Below, piece by piece: positions 19,547-28,218 of a stretch of 64,000 nucleotides of DNA. The DNA is from an uncultured Gammaproteobacteria bacterium (GTDB taxonomy: Bacteria > Patescibacteriota > Patescibacteriia > Magasanikbacterales > GWA2-37-8). The notes below the pieces were generated by a model that saw nothing but the letters and a program-made list of their open reading frames with translations, was not told the DNA's origin and searched no databases. Where the stretch lies: NCBI GenBank assembly GCA_964596525.1, contig CAZQUL010000001.1:460830-524829 (forward strand), in the 5' to 3' direction. A program made the translations under genes and the position numbers. Numbering within the stretch: the stretch's first letter is position 1; every line of letters starts with the position of its first letter.

Positions 19547-19908
19547 AAATCTGCCAAACGCATCACGGCCTCGCGCCGGGCAACCACCTGGTGCGTTGCA
19601 AACGTACGCGTGGTACGCAGGATTTCATGGAGCGAACAGGGGAGAAGGATGGTGCTTTCGGCTAGAGTAAAGGGGCAGTTGCAACGCGCGAATTCCCACT
19701 CCTCGACGAGTCGCACGCGGTCATGAAAGAACTCGACTGATGAGGTAAAAACCAGATGCTGGCCCCGCCCGTGCAAACAAAAAACCGTTTCTTCACCACT
19801 GCTGTCTCTGGCTTGCCAGGAAAGAGAATTGAGGATAAATCCCGGGCAAGGAAGCCTAGGTTCGTGAGAAGCGAAAGCGCGCAGTGTACGTGCTACCATG
19901 ACCGGCAC
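19471..19908 (-). CDS. Hypothetical Cys-containing protein (low confidence)
   Basis: ORF 8 nt downstream of the DUF3048 gene. It overlaps the prmC 3' end by 76 nt. No domain recognised. Confidence 0.3.
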   Translation of the reverse strand: MPVMVARTLRAFASHEPRLPCPGFILNSLSWQARDSSGEETVFCLHGRGQHLVFTSSVEFFHDRVRLVEEWEFARCNCPFTLAESTILLPCSLHEILRTTRTFATHQVVARREAVMRLADFYCCTTTMRSRPHKSLRVVTMPDDR

Positions 19909-19916
19909 TCCTTGGG

Positions 19917-21071
19917 CTAATTGCTGATCTCGAGACGCGTCCCTTGTGGAACCACATGGACCCAGACGAGTCCGGGTACCAATGTAAGCGGCATGCCGGC
20001 ATCATCATACCACATCGTCCGGCCATTTTCTTTTTTCCAGGTGATGTCGAGACGGCGGCCGCGACTCATGACCATCGCTCGGCCGCTGCCTTCGAGCACC
20101 ACTTCTTTACGGTCTTCTTCATCAACGCTCGCGATGCTGGTAAATTGCACGATGATGGTAGTCGCTTTGAGTGTCCCGCTCGCCGTTGTCGAGGTATTTA
20201 CCCCGTTACGGCTCATAAGATACATTCCGTCGGCAATGTCGTAGGTCCAGTCTACGGCATAGCTTCGATTATAGGTTACCGTGAGCGCCCGGGCGGCTGA
20301 AGAGCTTGCGGTAAACGGAGCGAGCGCATCGTAGTCGGTAGCGGAAGAGTACGAAAGGAATTTCCATGGCGTAAAGACACGTTCGGTCGTTTCAGTTTCA
20401 CGCTCAAAGATTTTTTGCCAGGCGGAGCTACTGGTAAACAAATTATGCGGTGCAAATAATTTACGGTTGCGCGAGAAATAATTACCCCAATAAAATTCGT
20501 TAATGTCTTGTACGCCGGCGCCTTTACGAAGCATTTGAAGCGCCTCAGGCGAACCGCCAGAGTGCAGGTAGAGGGGCAGAGCGTATTCGCTTGCAAGAGT
20601 TACAAAATAAGGTCGCGCGCTTCTTATCGGCCCAACGCTTGCTACGCTATCCATGCGGTCAAACACAGCCATATAGCGAGTAAAGGAGCCTTCCACCGGT
20701 ACTTCGTAAACGATACGCGCGCTTTCCAGTCCTTCTTGCGGACGAGCATCCGGATGATTATCGATCATCGCGGTAACGAATCGGCGGGTAGTGGGCGCGT
20801 ACTCTTCGCCACGTCCGTTGAGAGGGTTGAAGTGGCGGAATCCAGCGACAACTGGGGGTATGGTGGTTGTTTCGGGTGTGTCGGTACTAAGCGGCACAGC
20901 CTGGTGGCGCGTAGCGAGGTAGAGCGCGACGATAGCTAATATGGTGCTCGTTGCACCCAAAACAATGCTCGCGATGAGATAAAGTTTTTTGCGGCGTTCG
21001 ATGTCGGTAGAAGATAACATACGATGTAGAGCTTTTTTAAACCGAACCATGGGTAGTATAACACGGACCAT
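19917..21071 (-). CDS. DUF3048 (YerB-like) secreted/membrane-anchored protein
   Basis: N-terminal TM anchor. Family blocks RPQEGLESARIVYEVPVEGSFTRYMAVF and VGPIRSARPYFV. Confidence 0.72.
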   Translation of the reverse strand: MVRVILPMVRFKKALHRMLSSTDIERRKKLYLIASIVLGATSTILAIVALYLATRHQAVPLSTDTPETTTIPPVVAGFRHFNPLNGRGEEYAPTTRRFVTAMIDNHPDARPQEGLESARIVYEVPVEGSFTRYMAVFDRMDSVASVGPIRSARPYFVTLASEYALPLYLHSGGSPEALQMLRKGAGVQDINEFYWGNYFSRNRKLFAPHNLFTSSSAWQKIFERETETTERVFTPWKFLSYSSATDYDALAPFTASSSAARALTVTYNRSYAVDWTYDIADGMYLMSRNGVNTSTTASGTLKATTIIVQFTSIASVDEEDRKEVVLEGSGRAMVMSRGRRLDITWKKENGRTMWYDDAGMPLTLVPGLVWVHVVPQGTRLEISN

Positions 21072-22274
21072 TTAGTCAACGAGAACGAAAAAGCACTTCA
21101 GATAATCACCTTCCACGAACGCGGCGGTTTCCGGATGGTCGATGCCGTGGGTATAGGTTTCAAGAATGCGGACGCTACGTTTGGCGCGGGCCGCGGCCTC
21201 CGAGAGCATGAACCGAAAATCGTGGAGCGTTACATGTGCCGAGCACGATGCAGTTACGAGAATTCCGCCCGGCGGTAGCAGCCGGAGCGCCTGTTCGTTG
21301 ATGGCACGATACCCCACTAGACCCTCCTTAATTTTTCGGCGATCCTTAACAAAGGCTGGGGGGTCGAGAATAATTACATCGTAGGGGTGCGGTGTCGCAT
21401 GCGTAGTGGTGATGAGTTCTGAAAGATAGTCTTTCACGTCGGCCACCTCATAACGGGAAGCTTCGTCTGCAAATCCGTTAAGTGCCATATTTTTTTCGGC
21501 ATACTGCAAGGCGTGCTGCGAAGCGTCCACGCTCGTAACTCTTATGGCGCTCGCCGCGCGGGCATAGACGCTAAAGCCGCCAGTGTATGAGAAGCAGTTG
21601 AGTACGGTTTTGCCGGCAACGTATTTCTGCAAGGCCTGGCGTTTATCGCGCTGATCAAGAAAAAAGCCGGTTTTCTGTCCTTCGTGCACGTTCACGGCAA
21701 AGCGCAAACCGTTTTCGCGAATTTCGATGTCGTTCGCCACTTCGCCGTAGAGCACGCCGGTAACTGATTCTTCGCTCGCGTGAACCGCGGTTCGGCGACC
21801 GACGTCGGAGCGTTCAAAAATGCCGCGTGGGTTTTCTGCGCTGACAAGAGCAGCGATAATTTCTTTTTTCCAACGCGCCATTCCAGGCGTATGGAATTGC
21901 ACGACCAGATAATCGGCGTAGCGGTCTACGATAAGCCCGGGCAGACCGTCATTTTCTCCGTGGATGAGACGATAGGCATTTGTAGTGTCGCTTTGTAACC
22001 ACTGGGTGCGGATGGCGGCTGCAGTACGAATTTTCTCGGCAAAAAACTCCGTGGTTATTTCTTTAACCGGTGCAAAACTCCATAGGCGTACAGCGATCTG
22101 TGAGTATGAATTGAAATACCCGGCTGCCAAAAATATGCCGCGCTCATCGACAAGTTCTACTGGTTCGCCGTGGGGAATGCCATCAGGAATCTGGTGTAGA
22201 GCGCCAGAGAAAACCCAGGGATGACGGCCACGAATCGGGCCGCTTCTTTCAGTACGGACAGTCAGTTGGAGCAT
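21072..22274 (-). CDS. rlmI: Class I SAM-dependent rRNA methyltransferase, RlmI/RlmK-like (PUA + MTase)
   Basis: N-terminal PUA-like domain, LNCFSYTGGFSVYA SAM motif, and the IILDPPAF motif. Confidence 0.78.
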   Translation of the reverse strand: MLQLTVRTERSGPIRGRHPWVFSGALHQIPDGIPHGEPVELVDERGIFLAAGYFNSYSQIAVRLWSFAPVKEITTEFFAEKIRTAAAIRTQWLQSDTTNAYRLIHGENDGLPGLIVDRYADYLVVQFHTPGMARWKKEIIAALVSAENPRGIFERSDVGRRTAVHASEESVTGVLYGEVANDIEIRENGLRFAVNVHEGQKTGFFLDQRDKRQALQKYVAGKTVLNCFSYTGGFSVYARAASAIRVTSVDASQHALQYAEKNMALNGFADEASRYEVADVKDYLSELITTTHATPHPYDVIILDPPAFVKDRRKIKEGLVGYRAINEQALRLLPPGGILVTASCSAHVTLHDFRFMLSEAAARAKRSVRILETYTHGIDHPETAAFVEGDYLKCFFVLVD

Positions 22275-22297
22275 AGAGAAAAGAAAGTAAGAGATTG

Positions 22298-22340
22298 TTT
22301 AAAAACATAACGACCTGCTCGCGGGCAGGTCAGGTCGTTC
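22298..22340 (-). terminator. Intrinsic terminator for the Pro-rich gene, AAACGACC-family hairpin
   Basis: aacgacctg-ctcgcgggcaggt-caggtcgtt, with a T-run on the minus strand. Confidence 0.55.
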
Positions 22341-22347
22341 AAAGGGC

Positions 22348-22959
22348 TTACGGAGCGGGAGGGGGAGTGGGAGGGGACGACTCGGCGGGTGGGGTCGGTG
22401 CCGCGGTGGAAGCTGGGGGCGCGGCTGGCGTGGTCGACGCAGCGTTCTGCTCGGGGGTCGGGGCGGGCGGATCTGCCGGGGCCGGGGTGGCGACCGTCGG
22501 GCAGCTCACGATCCAGGCCGGCATCTGCTTCTTCTGCTCCTTGCCGGGCGGGAGCTTCTTCGTCTCCTGGAGCTCGATCATCTTGAGCTCGCCGAGCCAT
22601 GTGCCGTTCGCGAGGATGTAGATCGAGTTGACCATCAAACCGTCGGATACGGCCGGACGGCTGCCATCGGCGCAGGTGTAGGCCAGATTGTCGCGGTAGC
22701 GCGTAGCCTTGAAGTAGACGAACCGGCCCGGCTCCCACGACTCGAACTCGTAGTCGCGCTTGTCGAGTGCGTCGGAAGCCGTGGTGGGGGTCTTGTTGCC
22801 AGCCTTATCGGTCGTGCCGGTGCCGAGCGGGGCAATGAGCGTGTAGCCCCGGTCGGGCTTGGGCGTTGGTGCTGGCACCTGGGCATGGCTCGCTTGTGCA
22901 GTAAGCAACAGGGCGGAAAGAATGAAGGAAATCAGGTTCTTACTGGTCGATCGGTTCAT
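22348..22959 (-). CDS. Secreted Pro/Ala/Thr-rich low-complexity protein
   Basis: ATG start at 22959 has an AAGGAGGGG SD and signal peptide MNRSTSKNLISFILSALLLTAQASHA. The track's TTG-start extension to 23013 overlaps the promoter -35 box. Confidence 0.6.
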   Translation of the reverse strand: MNRSTSKNLISFILSALLLTAQASHAQVPAPTPKPDRGYTLIAPLGTGTTDKAGNKTPTTASDALDKRDYEFESWEPGRFVYFKATRYRDNLAYTCADGSRPAVSDGLMVNSIYILANGTWLGELKMIELQETKKLPPGKEQKKQMPAWIVSCPTVATPAPADPPAPTPEQNAASTTPAAPPASTAAPTPPAESSPPTPPPAP

Positions 22960-22984
22960 GGGCCCCTCCTTTGCAACAAAAACA

Positions 22985-23013
22985 ATTATGCCTGAAACTA
23001 GCGATTTTGTCAA
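22985..23013 (-). promoter_or_regulatory. Sigma70-type promoter (TTGACA-17-CATAAT) of the Pro-rich protein gene
   Basis: Minus-strand reading: cTTGACAaaa tcgctagtttcagg CATAAT. Confidence 0.55.
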
Positions 23014-23056
23014 GCCTTTAGTGCGTAAAATCCTCTACTGTGCAAGGGTATTTTCT

Positions 23057-23085
23057 TTGACAATTTATGCACGAACGTCTACGAT
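23057..23085 (+). promoter_or_regulatory. Sigma70-type promoter TTGACA-17-TACGAT
   Basis: Lies 47 nt upstream of the 23132 ORF. Confidence 0.5.
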
Positions 23086-23131
23086 GTTGGGGGTCTAAAT
23101 ATACCATCTTACCAAACACCGAGGGTTCATC

Positions 23132-23671
23132 ATGGGTGTTACCTACTGTTACGCTTTTACGCCACTCATCGGCGAAGACGAGCTTGCCACGTTGGTCAAA
23201 AACGACGCTTTCGGTAAACTCTTTTTGGCTCGCGTGTGCCTCACCAAACGAACGTTGCCGCGATTGCCTGGGCGGTCGTTTGTGGCCGGTATGGTCGAGC
23301 AGGGAGAGCTTTTTGGCGAACCGTACGACCGTCCGCTTGTGGATTTCAATCTCGTTTGCACGCTTCGTACTTTCCGTGAGGTCGGGCCGCATCATTTTCA
23401 CTTGACCTTCTCGACCGTACGTCCGGCCGGGGTGCGCGACTGGACATACCTCGGTGGTGAATATTGGAAAGTTTATGCCCGCGGGCACGTTTATTTTTTC
23501 GACGACGGGCATGAACCAGAGGGTCGGCTTATCATTAGCCGCAAAGAAGCTGCTGATTTGTGGCGGACAGAACAGGAATATCTCAGCCTCCGCCAGGAAC
23601 ATCTGAACCGATTCCACACCGAAATCCTAGATTGGTTGTTTCGGCGGAACTACAAAGGGCGTATAGCCTAG
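23132..23671 (+). CDS. Hypothetical protein (179 aa)
   Basis: Preferred over antisense ORF 23018..23617 because it has an upstream promoter and a downstream terminator. Confidence 0.5.
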   Translation: MGVTYCYAFTPLIGEDELATLVKNDAFGKLFLARVCLTKRTLPRLPGRSFVAGMVEQGELFGEPYDRPLVDFNLVCTLRTFREVGPHHFHLTFSTVRPAGVRDWTYLGGEYWKVYARGHVYFFDDGHEPEGRLIISRKEAADLWRTEQEYLSLRQEHLNRFHTEILDWLFRRNYKGRIA

Positions 23672-23693
23672 CCGGTAGTAACCGGCTTTTTTT
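23671..23693 (+). terminator. Intrinsic terminator
   Basis: gccggt-agta-accggc followed by TTTTTTT. Confidence 0.65.
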
Positions 23694-23786
23694 AGCTTGT
23701 TTTAGACATTTTTACATATAAAATTTTTTTCTCCTGCCGATTTTCCTCTTAGTCTAGCCCCGTTTTTATTATCCACACTTGACAAC

Positions 23787-23815
23787 TTGACAAAAATGTA
23801 TTTTTCCGGTATAGT
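23787..23815 (+). promoter_or_regulatory. Consensus promoter cTTGACAaaa-17-GGTATAGT
   Basis: Perfect -35 TTGACA (tandem copy cttgacaacttgaca), 17-nt spacer, -10 TATAGT. No annotated plus-strand gene follows. Confidence 0.65.
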
Positions 23816-23915
23816 TAGACGTTAGTTAGACAGCAAAAACTCGTGGATGGACGCTAGCCTAGGTTCCCCATAGTTTAGCGCCCGTACCACGACAAGCATG
23901 GAGGTATATTGACGG

Positions 23916-24017
23916 ATGGTCTGGCTCCGGCTCGACCTCTCCATCGGTATTATCTTCTTGGTACGGCTTCTGGGGGTTCCCAAAGCCCCCATAATCAACA
24001 AACTCCCCCCGACCTAA
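23916..24017 (+). CDS. Possible 33-aa hydrophobic peptide MVWLRLDLSIGIIFLVRLLGVPKAPIINKLPPT
   Basis: GGAGG lies 11 nt upstream of the ATG. Single predicted TM helix. The stop codon lies inside the terminator stem. Confidence 0.3.
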   Translation: MVWLRLDLSIGIIFLVRLLGVPKAPIINKLPPT

Positions 24018-24050
24018 CCAGTCGGGGGGAGATGATTTTTATACGGTTTT
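24004..24050. terminator. Strong bidirectional intrinsic terminator
   Basis: ctccccccga-cctaaccag-tcggggggag, then atgatttttatacggttttt. On the minus strand it also ends the VanW gene. Confidence 0.7.
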
Positions 24051-26035
24051 TATTCGGTCGGAGCGACGGTATCGATAATTGGCGCGGGCGTGGTGGGTGC
24101 GGTGGCATCAAGTACCGGGTCAGCAGGTGTGGCGGGTCCGACAAGGCAGATCCGTGGCAACGGCCGGTATGAGCTCTCGAAAACCTGTTCGATTTTTTCG
24201 CCTTGGGGCGTGATGCGCGTGTAGACGAAACTGGCGAGCGCGCCGCGGAAGGCGTTTTGACAGTTGCGCGTGCCAGGGGCCATGGTGGGCGAGACGATTT
24301 CTCTGGTCGGGCCGGGGGCTATCCATTTTGAGACTTCGGGATGAGTATAGGAGCCTTTACGACCGTCATCTTTACCCCAGAGCGTAAAGTTAAGAAGTTG
24401 TTTTTTGTAATCAATCTCGGTTTGGAGGAGGAGGAAGTGGCCGGTATCGTTTTTGAATTTGAAGTCGAGTGTCGGTTCGTAGAGTGTGGCATCAGTGCCG
24501 GGATTTTTGTTGACCGGATCGGCGTAGTAGCTCACGACGAGCGAGTGGTTGTGGCGCTCGGTGATCGGCATGGCTGAATTCATGGCCATGCGAAAGAGTG
24601 TCGTGCCGATTTGGCACATACCGCCGCCGACTTCGGGTACGATGCGGTCGCCTTTGATAACCATTTCGGGCAAGAAACCATTGGCCGTGATGTAGGGGCC
24701 TGCGAATTTGTTCGTAGAGAACTCTTCACCCGGAGCAATGAGTACGCCGTTCAAGCGTTTAACAGCGTTGGCGATATTTTTAATACGGTTGGTATGGCTA
24801 TCACGGAAGGTGGAGCTCCCCACGCCAACGACGGTTTCGATACCAAGTCCGTTGACGTCCGCCAGGTACACCCGCGGTGCAACTTCGCCGACTACGAGCG
24901 GAACTAGGATAGAGGATGAGGCCAGTGGGGCATTGATACGCGCGTTGAGTGCGTTGCTTAAAAGTTCGACCGTAGCCGGGTAATCAATGGTGCGGCCCGG
25001 CTGATGCGGTGCGAAATTGACGACACGATTGTCCTCTACGACAAACGTAGCGTCGCGTGCCGGTTGGTTGATTTCAGGTTCGATGAGGGCGCCCATGAGA
25101 CGCTTGAACGATGCTTCGTCGAGAGCAAAGCGCAGCTCGCCGTGTTCGTTTTTAACTACCGTGAGCCATGCGGCGATCTGTTCTTCGGTAATAACCCAGG
25201 TGAGAGTTTTGGGCGGGGTGGTAGTGGCGGTAAACGTAAGGGTAAGCGGATTGGCGATAACGTTGGGAATCGTAGTGGCTAAGGTTTCAATTTCATCCTG
25301 CGTTATCTCGGGAACAATGGCGTTGAAGTGCGGAATAAAAGGTGTGGAAAAAAATTCCGCGCGGCTCACTGTATCGCGTACGTGGGCAATAAAATCACTG
25401 GTTTCGGGCATAAAACCGTTCTCTTCCCGGGTCACGGTGTAGGAAACCGGAATCGTGCTCGTGACGACGATTTTTGCTGGTACACTTTCGTGCGAAGCGA
25501 AGGCGAGGGTGTCGAGGTAGACGGCGGTGAGTGTCGGAGTATCAAGTGTTATGACGGCCGGGGTGGAGCGCGGTTTGACGAGTAAGGTCCATGGCGTAAC
25601 GAGGCGCTTGAGCCACGATTCCTCACGGCCGTAGGCCATAAGCGCTTCTATCGTAGCGTCGATATCGACAGCGACCGGAGTTGTAGTAGTGGCAAGAGGT
25701 ACGGTGATGATGGTTGATGAAGCAGGGTGCATGAGAAGCGGCACGCCCTGTGCGAGAATTTCGCTGTTGTAGTTTGATAAATGACGGCGTAGATCATCGG
25801 CTGTCGAGCCGCCGACCGGCGAAGTGTGGAGGTATACGCCGGGGTAGACTCGTTCATCGTAGCGCGTGACGTAGGCAATGGTTGCACCCACCACAATAAT
25901 AGGCACGCCGATCAGTATGGCGGTCGCGATAAGCACGATGCGCGACGAAAAAAAATCTCGGACCACGACGAATTTTGAGCGTTCCGTGGTTGCGTTCTCG
26001 GACGATGGTTTGTGGGACGGTGAGGAAGTGGGCAT
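24050..26035 (-). CDS. VanW-family protein, membrane-anchored
   Basis: N-terminal TM anchor. VanW core motif GGGMCQIGTTLFRMA. 661 aa. Confidence 0.8.
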   Translation of the reverse strand: MPTSSPSHKPSSENATTERSKFVVVRDFFSSRIVLIATAILIGVPIIVVGATIAYVTRYDERVYPGVYLHTSPVGGSTADDLRRHLSNYNSEILAQGVPLLMHPASSTIITVPLATTTTPVAVDIDATIEALMAYGREESWLKRLVTPWTLLVKPRSTPAVITLDTPTLTAVYLDTLAFASHESVPAKIVVTSTIPVSYTVTREENGFMPETSDFIAHVRDTVSRAEFFSTPFIPHFNAIVPEITQDEIETLATTIPNVIANPLTLTFTATTTPPKTLTWVITEEQIAAWLTVVKNEHGELRFALDEASFKRLMGALIEPEINQPARDATFVVEDNRVVNFAPHQPGRTIDYPATVELLSNALNARINAPLASSSILVPLVVGEVAPRVYLADVNGLGIETVVGVGSSTFRDSHTNRIKNIANAVKRLNGVLIAPGEEFSTNKFAGPYITANGFLPEMVIKGDRIVPEVGGGMCQIGTTLFRMAMNSAMPITERHNHSLVVSYYADPVNKNPGTDATLYEPTLDFKFKNDTGHFLLLQTEIDYKKQLLNFTLWGKDDGRKGSYTHPEVSKWIAPGPTREIVSPTMAPGTRNCQNAFRGALASFVYTRITPQGEKIEQVFESSYRPLPRICLVGPATPADPVLDATAPTTPAPIIDTVAPTE

Positions 26036-26072
26036 ACCCTACGCGTAAAAACTAACCCTCCTGATAATTACG

Positions 26073-26495
26073 TTATTCTTCGACGACGACGAGCGGAATG
26101 CGCGCTTCGCGGCGGGCTTTTTCAAGGCGCACTACGAGTACGCCGTTTTTGTATTCGGCGCGCGCTGATTCTTCGCGCACTTCGACTGGTAAGACGATAG
26201 TGCGTGAAAACGCTCCCCAGAAGCATTCACGGTAAAACGTGGAACTTATTCCGGAAAGTGGAAAATCACGCGTGCCGCGAATGGTGAGAAGGTCGTCTTG
26301 CAGGTGGATGGAGATATGTTCCGGCTTAGTGCCGGCCATGGCTGCTACCACCACCACGTCGTTTTTAATCTCAAAAACATCCACGGCGAGCTGGCCCTCT
26401 TCGTTGGGTTGGGTCCATTCAGGGGTAGAGGGGGTAGTGTCCGCGCGCTCTCCTTCGGGGTTAACGGAGGAAGGGGTGGAAAAATTACGCGTCAT
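26073..26495 (-). CDS. Hsp20/alpha-crystallin small heat-shock protein
   Basis: Alpha-crystallin-domain pattern EIKNDVVVVAAMAGTKPEHISIHLQDDLLTIRG...AEYKNGVLVVRLEK. Confidence 0.85.
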   Translation of the reverse strand: MTRNFSTPSSVNPEGERADTTPSTPEWTQPNEEGQLAVDVFEIKNDVVVVAAMAGTKPEHISIHLQDDLLTIRGTRDFPLSGISSTFYRECFWGAFSRTIVLPVEVREESARAEYKNGVLVVRLEKARREARIPLVVVEE

Positions 26496-26525
26496 ACAGA
26501 ACGGGAAGCCAGGAATATTCAGGTA

Positions 26526-27080
26526 TTAAACCATGCCTGGCTTGACAAAACAATACCGGCAGACGGCACGGTAGGTGTAGGTGCCGTCATCAGGGATGAC
26601 TGAGGGCATGCCTTCAAGGAGTGGTATGTTATCTTTGAGGACCTGGGTGTACATGGCGTCCGGATTCTTGCATGATTCGCACACGGCACGCTTGTAGCGC
26701 ACTTCTTTGGGACCGAGTTCCAAAAGAGAACGCATGGATTCGAACATGCGGCCTTGATAGTCGAGGTCGAGACCAGAAGCAACGACGCGGACCCCCATGC
26801 GCAGGAGCTGCTCGATGACAAGCACTTCATGAGGGGGGAACATGTGCATTTCTTCGATGCCGACGATTTTGCAGCCGTTGCCGAGGATTTCGGTGAGGGT
26901 GTGGATGCGTTTGGCCGGAAGAAGCGATCCGTTGCGCGAGGTGACGTTGGCTTCGCGGACATGGCGCGCGGACTGGTAGAGCGCGTAGGGGAGTGCGGTG
27001 TACTTGAGCGGCGCGAAGAAACTGATGAGATCGTAGCTTTTGCCGCTTTTCATGGGGCCCATGATGACGGTAAGGTCCAT
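26526..27080 (-). CDS. tdk: Thymidine kinase
   Basis: P-loop GPMKSGKS, the VGIEEMHMF block, and C-terminal Zn ribbon CESC...CRYC. Confidence 0.85.
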   Translation of the reverse strand: MDLTVIMGPMKSGKSYDLISFFAPLKYTALPYALYQSARHVREANVTSRNGSLLPAKRIHTLTEILGNGCKIVGIEEMHMFPPHEVLVIEQLLRMGVRVVASGLDLDYQGRMFESMRSLLELGPKEVRYKRAVCESCKNPDAMYTQVLKDNIPLLEGMPSVIPDDGTYTYRAVCRYCFVKPGMV

Positions 27081-27093
27081 AGGGGAGGAGTAA

Positions 27094-27202
27094 AACAGTA
27101 ATCAGTGAATAGAAATTAAAAAATCAAGTTAAGATTTTGGACTTTAATGAATTGAAATGGTTGTAAACGGCTTTGAGAATAATGGGCGTACTGATTACTG
27201 TT
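27094..27202. repeat. Perfect 13-bp inverted repeat (aacagtaatcagt / actgattactgtt) flanking an 83-bp AT-rich spacer upstream of tdk
   Basis: Exact reverse complements at 27094-27106 and 27190-27202. Confidence 0.5.
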
Positions 27203-27261
27203 TGCCGTTCACTTTTTATTAATGAGCACAGAGTATTAAGTACCACACTCACTCAGTTTCA

Positions 27262-28092
27262 TCAACCGCGTTTTTGCAGCGCGATATTAATGCCGAGAAT
27301 GGCGCGGATCGGGTAAAAACGGGCGAGAATTTTACCGAGCTTTCGTGGTAAAAGATAGAGGATTTTTTCGGTCGCGAGAGCGAGAATAAGCGGAATGGGG
27401 AAATAGAATCCTTTGCCGCCGGCAAACAGACGGATGCGGTCAAAGCCAAACGTTTGTGCCAATCGGCGAAGTTCGGCGATGGTGTATTCTTTGAGGTGTA
27501 GACCGGTCGCTTCGTCGTCGAAATGACGTGATACATCATGCGGACCGGAGTGATGACTCGGGGTAATACACACGTACCAACCGCCCGGTTTAAGGACGCG
27601 GGCAGCTTCGCGCAAGTGTTCGGCAGCGTCGTCGGGATGGAAATGTTCGAGCACTTGGTTGGAGAACATGCAGTCGAAGCGGTCGTTTTCAAACGGGAGC
27701 GTGACACCGTCGACGATATAGACCCGGGCATTTTCGGGCAATACGGTTTTTTTGGCTATTTCGGCGGATACTTCCACGGCATCGAGATGAGCTACTTCTT
27801 CGGCGACGATGCGCGAGAGTTCGCCATCACCAGAACCGATTTCGAGAAAGCGCGTTTCCGGCGTGGTAAACCGGCGGATAAGGCGGATTTTTTGCTGTGC
27901 GCGGCGACTGCTTGCGGTGGTTTCTTGGTCCGAGAGCTGGGGGTGGTCGTTTACGCGCTCGAAGAGTTCGTTGTAGACTGCGGAGTAAAGACGTAAACGC
28001 TCGCTCCGCGGCGCAGCGCGTAGTTTAGCGGCTAATTCTTTTTCGATCACGTAGTGGTGGCGGATTCGCTCCGGGGTGCGAAGATCAGGCAT
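27262..28092 (-). CDS. Class I SAM-dependent methyltransferase
   Basis: Motif I LEIGSGDGEL, then a Rossmann-fold region. Confidence 0.75.
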   Translation of the reverse strand: MPDLRTPERIRHHYVIEKELAAKLRAAPRSERLRLYSAVYNELFERVNDHPQLSDQETTASSRRAQQKIRLIRRFTTPETRFLEIGSGDGELSRIVAEEVAHLDAVEVSAEIAKKTVLPENARVYIVDGVTLPFENDRFDCMFSNQVLEHFHPDDAAEHLREAARVLKPGGWYVCITPSHHSGPHDVSRHFDDEATGLHLKEYTIAELRRLAQTFGFDRIRLFAGGKGFYFPIPLILALATEKILYLLPRKLGKILARFYPIRAILGINIALQKRG

Positions 28093-28218
28093 ATGCCGTT
28101 AACATACACTAAAAAGGATAACCGGGGTATTCTAGTGAGTGACGCAGGAAGACGCAAGGGGAAAGGGGAAATCGAGCGATGAGGACTTTGGCTTTAAAAA
28201 TGAGCAATATTTTGCGGT

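Larger units (their letters stand above)
23823..24050 (+). ncRNA. Candidate small transcript of about 225 nt between a consensus promoter and a strong terminator (sRNA or small-peptide mRNA)
   Basis: Nested inverted repeats ccgtacc/ggtacgg, atggag/ctccat and ggtc/gacc. Ends in a 10-bp GC stem followed by a T-run. Confidence 0.4.

Noticed and set aside
22262-22738. 158-aa minus-strand ORF in the GC-rich Pro-rich gene region and 108-aa plus-strand ORF 22295..22621
   Set aside because: They are alternative frames of the same GC-rich low-complexity DNA. The 22348..22959 frame has an SD and a signal peptide.
23018-23617. 199-aa minus-strand ORF overlapping the 23132..23671 plus-strand ORF
   Set aside because: The plus-strand frame has an upstream TTGACA-17-TACGAT promoter and a downstream terminator. 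The minus ORF would run into the -35 box of the neighbouring promoter and lacks an SD. Either call remains low confidence.
23909-24172. 87-aa plus-strand ORF across the 24004-24050 terminator
   Set aside because: It reads through a strong intrinsic terminator into the 3' end of the convergent VanW gene. It has no SD and the wrong frame relative to the candidate 33-aa peptide.
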